A DNA stretch of 64,000 nucleotides. Source: Octopus vulgaris. Taxonomy: Eukaryota. Each line of letters opens with the position of its first letter. Position 1 is the stretch's first letter. The translations under genes were made by a program, and so were the position numbers. The stretch lies in assembly GCA_951406725.2 (NCBI GenBank), contig OX597832.1, forward strand, positions 68,758,001-68,822,000, given 5' to 3'. This document shows, piece by piece, positions 55,258 through 64,000 of the stretch. The notes under the pieces were generated by a model that had not been told where the DNA came from, made no database searches, and saw only the letters and a program-made list of their open reading frames with translations.

Positions 55258-56215
55258 CTGGGAAAGACCAAAAAATGGTTGATTACTCATACACACATAC
55301 AGTATACAATGACATAAACTTACCAACATTTATCTATATGTATGTATATATGTGTGTGTGTGTGCATGTGAGTTGTGGATGCACATGCATGCATCTGTGT
55401 GTGTGTGTGCATGTATGTATATATATATATATATATGAGTTTGAGAGTATGTGTATGTTTATGTCTCCTTTTCTTGATATTGTATAGTTGTTGGTACCAC
55501 AAATCCATATGAGAAGTTCTCTCAAGTTAAATGATGCAGTATCCTCTGTTCTAAAACAAACTCCACATTAAGTTCAAGATGACGGCAACCTTCCTGTATT
55601 TATACAGCTTCAGCTACTATTAATTTTTTTTTTCTTAAATGTCATTCATTTCCAATATTTCGTGCAAATGGAAAATGTCTGCCCATGGAAAAATATTACT
55701 TTTCTTGGAAAGTGGCAAGGGCTGGTAACAAACTAGGCATCCAGCTTTAGAAAATCTTCTTTGATTAACTCCATCCAGCCAATGGAAACATTAAAGAATG
55801 AGCATTGAAACACTGATGACAAGCGCAATGGTGAGGATATTACATGGAAGGAGATATATAGAAAGATACAAACATGTGCATAAATACAAATGTACACAAA
55901 ATATGTCCACACTATTGGAGATAATATAGGGCAACTGGATATTGGTGATGTAGCAGAGTTATGTGTCCACAGCTGTCCTCATTTCTCCAGACAATCATTC
56001 TGTCTTTTCCTTTATGTCATGTCAGTTGGAGGGAATTATTTATTCATCATGTCTATATATATATTGGGTATGGTAGATGAGTTCAGCAAAAATTTAGAGT
56101 CAGAAGAATATGGTACTTAAGTTGAGGCACCAGAATTTAGTACGGTATTATCCATACAATTTCAAAGTAAGGTAATTAAAATTAAAATAAGCAACATGGA
56201 TATCCAGAAGTAATG

Positions 56216-56298
56216 CAGTACAATCATTTCATGTAACTCCATTTAATTGAACAATGCAATCATTACATCAACTTAAAATGCAGAACAATCTTCAGCTG
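56216..56298 (-). ncRNA. type-I hammerhead, CGATCG family (decayed to TGATTG), intronic sense strand
   Basis: cag CTGAAGA t tgt...cattttaagttga...tcaattaaatg...aca t GAAA tgattg TA ctg. Confidence 0.6.
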
Positions 56299-56419
56299 TA
56301 CAAAGACAGAGAATTTAATTAAATTAGAGCAGATGGACACATTAGTATAATTATACCTAAAATCTCCAAGAAGTTAAGGAGATAGAAAAAGAACATGCTG
56401 TCTCACTCCAGTTTAGACG

Positions 56420-56760
56420 TTACCTTACTAGCACATGTGCCAGCGGCACGTGAAAAACAACATTTGAGCGTGGTCATTGCCAGTGCTGCCAGACTGGCTC
56501 TTGTGCAGGTAGCAAGTAAAAACACTTTTTGAGCATGGTCGTTGCCAGAACCACCTGACTGGCCCTCCTGCCGGTGGCACATAAAAAGCACCCACTACAC
56601 TCTCGGAGTGGTTTGCATTAGAAAGGGCATCAAGCTGTAGAAACTTTGCCAGATCAGATTGGAGCCTGGTGCAGCCTTCTGGCTCATCAGTCCTCAGTCA
56701 AACCATCCAACCCATGCCAGAATGGAAAGTGAACGTTAAACGAGGATGATGATGATGATG
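56420..56760 (+). mobile_element. RTE 3' UTR/tail fragment
   Basis: Same repeats and tail as 43170-43582. Shorter tail at 60283-60438. Confidence 0.85.
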
Positions 56761-57174
56761 TTGTATATATACAGAGAGACAGACATACAGATAGATAGAT
56801 TAGAGACTCATGCATAGAAGCACATGCATGTGAACAGACACACACACACAAACACATGCATATGTATATACGTTAATAATGAAGCATAAATAATTAAACA
56901 ATAAAAGAAAATGGTTTAAAAATGTAAATTTAAAATTCTTCTGATAATAGAGTTGAAAAGAAATAGTATGCTGATCTTGTTGTTGTTATTTCACACAAAA
57001 TTTTGAAAAGATATCACGAGAACATTTTTTTGCTTCAGTCTGTTGTTTTTATTTTCTTCTTTTGTATGCTTTTTCTAATATCATGTACATGAGTCAATGA
57101 AAGAACACCTAACCAGTTGCTAAATTTGGTAGAAATAGCAGTTAAATCTTGAATCATATGTTATCTTCTTAACT

Positions 57175-57410
57175 ATAGGGTGTTCAAAAAGTCTATCCAC
57201 AGTAAGTATTTAATGGTTTATGGGTGATTCTTGTACACTGATCTTTTACATGCTCCCCAGAAAAAAATGTCTAGTGGTGTTAAATCAAGTGAACTTGGTG
57301 GCCAAAGTCCCTCTGAAATAATCTGTTCACTGAAAAACTCTAGATGTGGCACCATTGTCATGTACAGGATGAAAAAAATTCACTGCGAAGAGACTTTTTG
57401 AACAACCTTT
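57175..57410 (-). mobile_element. Tc1-derived MITE
   Basis: TIRs 'agggtgttcaaaaagtc' / 'gactttttgaacaacct'. Internal WPPSSLDLTPLDIFF on the minus strand. Confidence 0.75.
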
Positions 57411-58034
57411 ATTTTGTTAATAACTTTCTGCTGAAATACACTTTCTTTTGATTAATTTTGAATAAAATATCTTCTTAGTTTCTTACATGTAACACAGAAT
57501 TTAGTAAAATAATTGTCATTACTAAGCTGCTGTTTAAAACACAAGATGAAATTTTGATGAAATGTTTCAATTTAGATTGTGTTAACTCAAGAAATTTATG
57601 TCAAAGAAACTGGAACATCAAACTCTTTTGATGGCTATCAAGAATTAAAGATCTTCGTAGTCATCATGGTCATGATAGTTTTGACGTCTACTTTTCCATG
57701 CTTGCATTGATCAGAAGGAATCCACTGAGGCAGATTTTCTATCATTGTGTGCTCTTACTTGCACCAACATTTGCCTGTTTCCAAGCAATTTTATGAACTT
57801 CCTGGACATAATTATTTAGTTAACAGTAAACGAATGACATCGTTCATGACAGCACTTTCATTTGAAAAGCATGAGGGGAATGTCAAGATATGTCAAGAAG
57901 CCTTGATGTGGTTTTTGTGGGTACTGTTTGAAGTGTTGGTTGCAATCAGACATCTCATGTGAAGACGACAGAGATTTGAACGAATTCACAAAAACATCTA
58001 TACAAACAGATACACATATATCATTATCATCATC

Positions 58035-58655
58035 GGGTGATTTTATTCAGTAAAATCGCCATTGGTTTCAACCACATCCTCCAGACGACTTTGGAATCTC
58101 CTGCAACTCTTCTGGACAGTCTTCTTGTTGAGGAATGCTGCATAATCCTTGCTTCAGTTCATTTTTGGTGTTACAAGGAGTTTTGTTGATCTCTCGTTTA
58201 ACCAGGTTGCAGTCTGAGGAGTTAGGTGGCCAGATGTTAGGGGTGATTTGGTCGCAGAAATTGTCTGACAGCCATGACTGGATTCTACTGCTTGTGTGAC
58301 AGGGTGCAGAGTCCTGTTGCCAGACATAGGGTCTTCTAGTAACCACCCTCTTGACCCAGGACAGTACTACCTCCTCCAGGCATTTTATGTAAGCCTCTAT
58401 GTTGAGTCTGAGGCCATGTGGAAACATGAATGAAAGCATGTTGTCATCACTCCAAACACCATGATGATGACTGAATGTTTGATTTTTATCACTCATGGTA
58501 CAAGTCCTCAGATTCACACCCAAACATTCTGAAATGTTCAAGCTGGAGCTTCCAGTGGGAATGCCAAGCAGTACAGCATGTCGTTTCCAAATTTCTGGCA
58601 TAGGGAATTGTGTCATGTTGCTGTTTTTGTCACAGATGGTACCCAACTGACCCTA
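58035..58655 (-). pseudogene. Tc1/mariner transposase remnant
   Basis: ORF 58068-58646: YIKCLEEVVLSWV, VWQQDSAPCHTS, WPPNSSDCN. Confidence 0.85.
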
Positions 58656-58656
58656 C

Positions 58657-58702
<46 letters not shown>

Positions 58703-58810
58703 TACACACACACAAGGTGAGAAGGGGCGAATTTGTCACCATTTCATATTTTTAATTTCGCATATGTGCATTGTCTTTTACTTTTTTTGATAATGCAGTA
58801 TTCATTCACC

Positions 58811-58845
<35 letters not shown>

Positions 58846-59023
58846 GGTGAATGAATTATCTTATGTTTATCGTCAGCATGGAAAATTCGTTTAACTGAAA
58901 CCTGGGTAGCAAATTCACGTCAGAAACACGGTTGAAGCGACCTGTCAAGGGTAGAAACTCCGGGTTCATGTGTGTATATGAATAAATGAAAGAATGGAGT
59001 CGAACGAAGATGTTAACAAAATT

Positions 59024-59116
59024 CCTTTACTCTCGACACATGTTTCGAAGACAGCATGTTTTCATTCCAAAGGAATAAAGGGTGCATTATGCAATCTTCT
59101 CATCAGGAAAGAAAGG
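59024..59116 (-). ncRNA. canonical type-I hammerhead ribozyme (GUC site), intronic sense strand
   Basis: ctttc CTGATGA gaaga-ttgcat...atgc-tg-tcttc GAAA catgt GTC gagag. G10.1-C11.1 is intact, stem III is ACATGTGT, and stem I extends via ccttt/aaagg. Confidence 0.8.
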
Positions 59117-59416
59117 GAGCCTCTCTCGACAACAAGACAAACAAAAATTTCGATGATTGCTTACATGGTAAACAAAGCGATGAGTGTTTTTTTAAAAAAA
59201 CCATTAGAAGAATTGACGTCAAAAATAGATAGTAGGAAAAGAAGGGATAAAGTAATAATAGGTAGGGAACAAGTGGAGAGGGAAGGGTACATTGATTGAT
59301 ATGTATGTATGTATATGTGTTTGTGTGTATATATATGTATATATATGTACACACATACACTTTGCTGTATTTCTACAATAAATATATATTCATTTAATTA
59401 TCCTCCTTCTCCTGTA

Positions 59417-59450
<34 letters not shown>

Positions 59451-59649
59451 CTACCACTGCATTAAGCAAAAAAACAACAAACAAGCAACAACAATAGAAA
59501 TGACACAAGTTTCAAATATTACTCAAATATTTCTTATCAATCACGAATTCAATAAAACATTTTAAATAAAAAAAATTCTTCATTCAGACTTGTGTTTTCA
59601 AATAGAAAACAAAGACAAACAACAAATATAAGGCAAAGAGGCAACCTAC

Positions 59650-59789
59650 CGGGCTCCCAGTTTCTTAAGTTTTGCCTGTCGTTCATGTAATTCCATATTG
59701 ATAGTCTGTCGCTCAGTCTCCACAACTTTTATTTGCGATAACAGCATGTCATTATGAATCTTTATTTCATGTTTACGCTCTTTTTTAAC
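59650..59789 (-). CDS. CCDC39: CCDC39 internal coding exon (140 nt)
   Basis: Minus strand ttgcag|GTT...GCC CG|gtaggt. Translates VKKERKHEIKIHNDMLLSQIKVVETERQTINMELHERQAKLKKLGA(R), which matches my recollection of the CCDC39 segment '[44 protein letters not shown]'. Ends in phase 2, compatible with the next exon. Confidence 0.9.
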
Positions 59790-60221
59790 CTGCAACATTT
59801 TGAAAATGTTTCAGGAAAATAAATTGAAAGTAAACAGAAGAGTGTAATGAAAGAAAAAACAAATCAAAGGTGAAAAACTTTGGAAAACAATATTTATACA
59901 AAGAATTTTGCATTTATTATATAATGTTTATGTTTCATTTTAGATATTACACATATTTGAAGTAATATAGAATGTTTATAAGCAGAATACTTTAGTCTTT
60001 TATTTCTCTCAGTCATTCCATTGCAGTCATGCTAGAGCAACTATGCTAGAGTAGCCTTGGGGTACTGAGTTGTTCAATCTGTCCCCGGTACTTTTTTTGT
60101 CTTTAAAGTCTGGTAGTTATTTTGTTAGTCTTTTTTGCTTTAACTGTTAGTCATTGGGTATAAACATGTAAACACACACACACACACACACACACACAAG
60201 TGCGTCTCTATGTGTGTCTGT

Positions 60222-60282
<61 letters not shown>

Positions 60283-60485
60283 CGGAGTGGTTGGTGTTAG
60301 GAAGGGCATCCAGCTGTAGAAACATTGCCAGATAAGACTGGAGCCTGGTGCAGCCTTCTGGCTTCCCAGATCCCCGGTCGAACCGTCCAACCCATGTTAG
60401 CATGGAGAATGGACGTTAAACGATGATGATGATGATGACGTATGTATCAAATGAAATAAATGAAAAACAGGACGCAAAGGATTTT

Positions 60486-60577
60486 GCGGTACATATGTTT
60501 CCGGTTTATAGAACAACTTATTCTTACATCAATGCATAATTGATATAATAGATAGATCAAAAACCTTCTTCAGCCAC
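60486..60577 (-). ncRNA. type-I hammerhead ribozyme (GUA site), intronic sense strand
   Basis: gtgg CTGAAGA a ggttt...aaacc g GAAA catat GTA ccgc. Perfect stem III palindrome ACATATGT. Confidence 0.75.
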
Positions 60578-61618
60578 GTACAATTGCTACACCAAAGACT
60601 TGTATCACATTATAAAAGGTTTGAGAGAAAACCGAGTTTCATTGGGAAAGTATGTTTGTAAATCTTCATAGGCGTACATGGTATTATTAGACTCCAAAAC
60701 AAATCATCCATACCAGTTTTTCACTCGATATAGAATGAATACTGGGTAGATTCCTTCATGTAAGGGAAGGAATTGGATGTTATTAATACTTAGCAGAAGC
60801 AAACGAGTGACTCAAGATCTGAGAGTTTCATGCTTTGGCACCTACCAAACTAATTACAGTTTGAAGGTCTGTGGATTTACAAAGCTGTTGACAAATGAAT
60901 AAATTTCCCTGTGGAAACACCTGATGGGCTTTGACACAGTTTCTGCTTATCAAGTTCACTTACAAGGCTAGATATAAAGATATTTATCCAAGGTGTCATT
61001 CAATGGGATTGAAACTGAAACCACATGGCTGCAAAGCAAGATTCTTAACAACACAACCACACCTACACCTGAATGGAATTTTTCTTTTAATGAGGGCAAC
61101 ATTTTTCAAACAAGATCTACAAGATCTACATTTCATATCTAAAACATTACGTGGTGGTGGTGGGTGGACTATGATTCAAGTCGGCCATGTAGTATTTATC
61201 AGCTTTGCTCAGACCTGGTTGTGACGTGAGGGAGATTTTGCTGATGTTTCTAACAGACTGTGTAGAGTCAACAACCTTGGAACTTGCATTTGAACTTCAA
61301 GTATGTCTTCTTAAAAATAAAATATTTCAGTTTGTTCTTCAGCCTCCTGCTTTTGTTAATCTAATTCAATATGCAATAATAGTTATAAAACATACATTAA
61401 AAGAAAAACAAGTCTAATGAAATGCTTTCCATGTTTTCTAATCTCATCAAAAACAAATCAGTGTTAAAAGAAAAAGATTATTCAAACTTTTGCATATTAC
61501 TAAGGATTACATGTATACATACATTGGAAACAAATTTGGAAGACATCTCACTTATTCCAACATATCATCATTTGCTTCTATTTGTTACTATGTTCATGCA
61601 AAAAAAAGTAACACCAAT

Positions 61619-61655
<37 letters not shown>

Positions 61656-63308
61656 CACACACACACACACATACATACACACAAATGCACATGCAGAAGA
61701 ATCAGTTTTAATCCCCCTTCTATGATGGAAATGGAAATCCAATATTCAACATCTTCATTAACGAATCATCTTTAATACTGATAGCTTAAACAAAAAAACT
61801 GTAAACAGATTCACTACTGTAATCATAAAAGGAAGGAATAAAAAGACCTGAAATAGTTTTATTTTAACACACACACACACACACACACATACACACACAT
61901 CCACACATACAACACACACACATACGTATCTTTTTTCAAATTTTGTCAGTAAAAGGAAAATAACAAGAATTCTTCAGGGAGATGGAAGATATTTTTTGTT
62001 TATGCTTGGAAATGTCTCCATCAAATTCTTTTAAAATTTACAAAGTACAGTGAAATTTTCAGTTAATATCCATCTATTTAGCTATCTATCTCTCTCTCTC
62101 TACACACACACAGACACGGATATATAAGCATACAAACACAAACATATGTGTTTACATGTTTACATAAATCCCTATGTTTATGTGTGTGTGTGTGTGTGTA
62201 GGTTTAGCAGAATGAAAGCATAATCAGGCATTCATGAAGAATCAAATCAATTTTATTAATATAGATTTATACTCATACATCATAGTTTTAGAATTTATTT
62301 AGTCGAATTCCCCCACCCCACCCCAAACGTGAATATCACCCAATATTTCGCCTGTCCAAGGTGGCAAACTGGCAGAATCATTAGCTTGCTGGTCAAAAGT
62401 TTTTGTGGCATTTGGTCAGTCTTTACAGACTGAGTTCAAGTTCAGCCAGGTTCAACATTGCCATTTCATCTTTTTGGTAGGGTCAATAAAGTCAGTAAGG
62501 TTTGAGTTCAATGCTATTGACTAATCTCCTTCCTTGAAATTGCTGGCATTGTGCCAAAATTTGAATTCAAGATTTAACCTGTCCACTGTTAAACTCTCTG
62601 AATCAGCTGCACTTAACAAGAGACATTGCTTATGGAGAAGTCATATAAGAAGCTATTGATATTGTAGAATATATTTATACTGAGTTTGTAGAATATGTCA
62701 AAAGTAATATTCTCAGTTAAACAATATCAAAAGATTATTCATGAAGCTTTCACTGAGAAACAACCCAAATCTCAATAATTTGGCCAATTTAAAAGAGTTT
62801 AATTAAAATGAGTTTAATATAGCATTTACTTCTGAAAAGAAAAATAAAGATGATTTTAATAACTTACTAATTCTTTCAAAGAATCTTTGTTTTTAAATCG
62901 AATACATTTTATATCAAATATTGTATTTTAAATGGACAAACAATTTTAATTTCAAACTTTGCCTTTTTCCTCTTAGGAGGAGAGTGACACATGTGGACTA
63001 ACAGTCCACAAATGTTACTCGTGTTGTTACTGTTGTCTAGCATTATTGCTAACCTAGATCTATGAGACACAGTCTGACAATTGGGCTAACTTTTTTTTTA
63101 CTTACAAGATTAGTCTATCACAGACCACCTTATCTGATGTGCTCTTTTCAAGATGTTAGTTTGTGATTGATTTTTCTTTCATAGAAAATTTGGCAGCTAT
63201 ATCTCGCAACTTAAACCACCAAGTAGCTCTCTAACATTTATTCAATGTAAGGCGGTGAGCTGGCAGAACCATTAGCATTCCAGGCAAAATATTTAGCACC
63301 ATTTTGTC

Positions 63309-63389
63309 CATTATTTACATTATTTATCCATCAAATGTAAATAATGTAAATAATATACATAATTCCTCATCTCTTAAATATAGAACTGT
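63309..63389 (+). mobile_element. 81-bp 3' tail of the hammerhead-SINE family, with 5' inversion and 11-bp TSD, nested in a SINE
   Basis: TSD ACCATTTTGTC at 63298-63308 and 63390-63400. Insert matches 10316-10365 (reverse complement) and starts with inverted 'cattatttacattattt'. Confidence 0.8.
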
Positions 63390-64000
63390 ACCATTTTGTC
63401 TACCTTTATTGTTCTGAGTTCAAATTCTAACGAGGTCGACTTTGCTTTTCATACTTTCAGGGTTGATAAAGTAAGTACCAGTTGCACACTGGAGTCGATG
63501 CAATCGAATTACCCCTCCCCAAAATTGCTGGCTTTGTGCCAGAATTTGAAACTAATATTTATTCAGTGCAGAAACTCTGTGCAATTTCTCTACCGCTACA
63601 GACTTGGCTTTCTAAACAGTTTCCATTTAATATACTTTTATATTGTGATAAAACCTTGAAGCAAATTAAATGAAAACTAAAATGAAAAACAAACACATTT
63701 ATGTTTTCTGTTGTCAAACTATTTTGAGTTGAAAATATTTCTTTTTAGACCAGGAGGAAGAGGTGGATGTGAAATATCATAAACTTTTTTAGACAATTTA
63801 AAAATCTTTTCCAAAACTTTAAAAAGTTTTTCATTGCAAATTTTCAAACTAATTTTTTTCTGATGTAAATTCATAAGTTTTTGAATTTTATTTTTTAAGA
63901 AGAAACTTTCAAAAAATTTTAAAGAACAAACAAAAATGTTCCAAAGTGATATAAATTTTCAACATACTTTGCTAAAATATCCAATCATTATTTTTGAAGC

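Overview
AT-rich, repeat-dense metazoan DNA. The SINE/LINE families and abundant (TA)n/(CA)n/(ATT)n microsatellites look like an Octopus genome (inference from family recognition). The only host gene I can support is CCDC39 (axonemal ruler protein) on the minus strand: two phase-compatible GT-AG exons at 59650-59789 and 55182-55257. The rest appears to be intron, filled with RTE-clade LINE relics (one with a PHD-type zinc finger inside the RT region), tRNA-derived SINEs, Tc1/mariner and hAT MITEs, and many Penelope-like element (PLE) remnants, several with long inverted repeats. The main unannotated signal is a dense set of minimal type-I hammerhead ribozyme motifs: about 12 complete or near-complete, several more decayed, from at least 6 families. 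All have a palindromic, dimer-type stem III. They include a U3-A8 core variant family, one carried by a tRNA-headed SINE-like element, and two sense-strand motifs with mutually compatible stem III that flank a CCDC39 exon. All folds were assigned by eye and activity is untested. Most ORFs in the supplied track are microsatellite artefacts.
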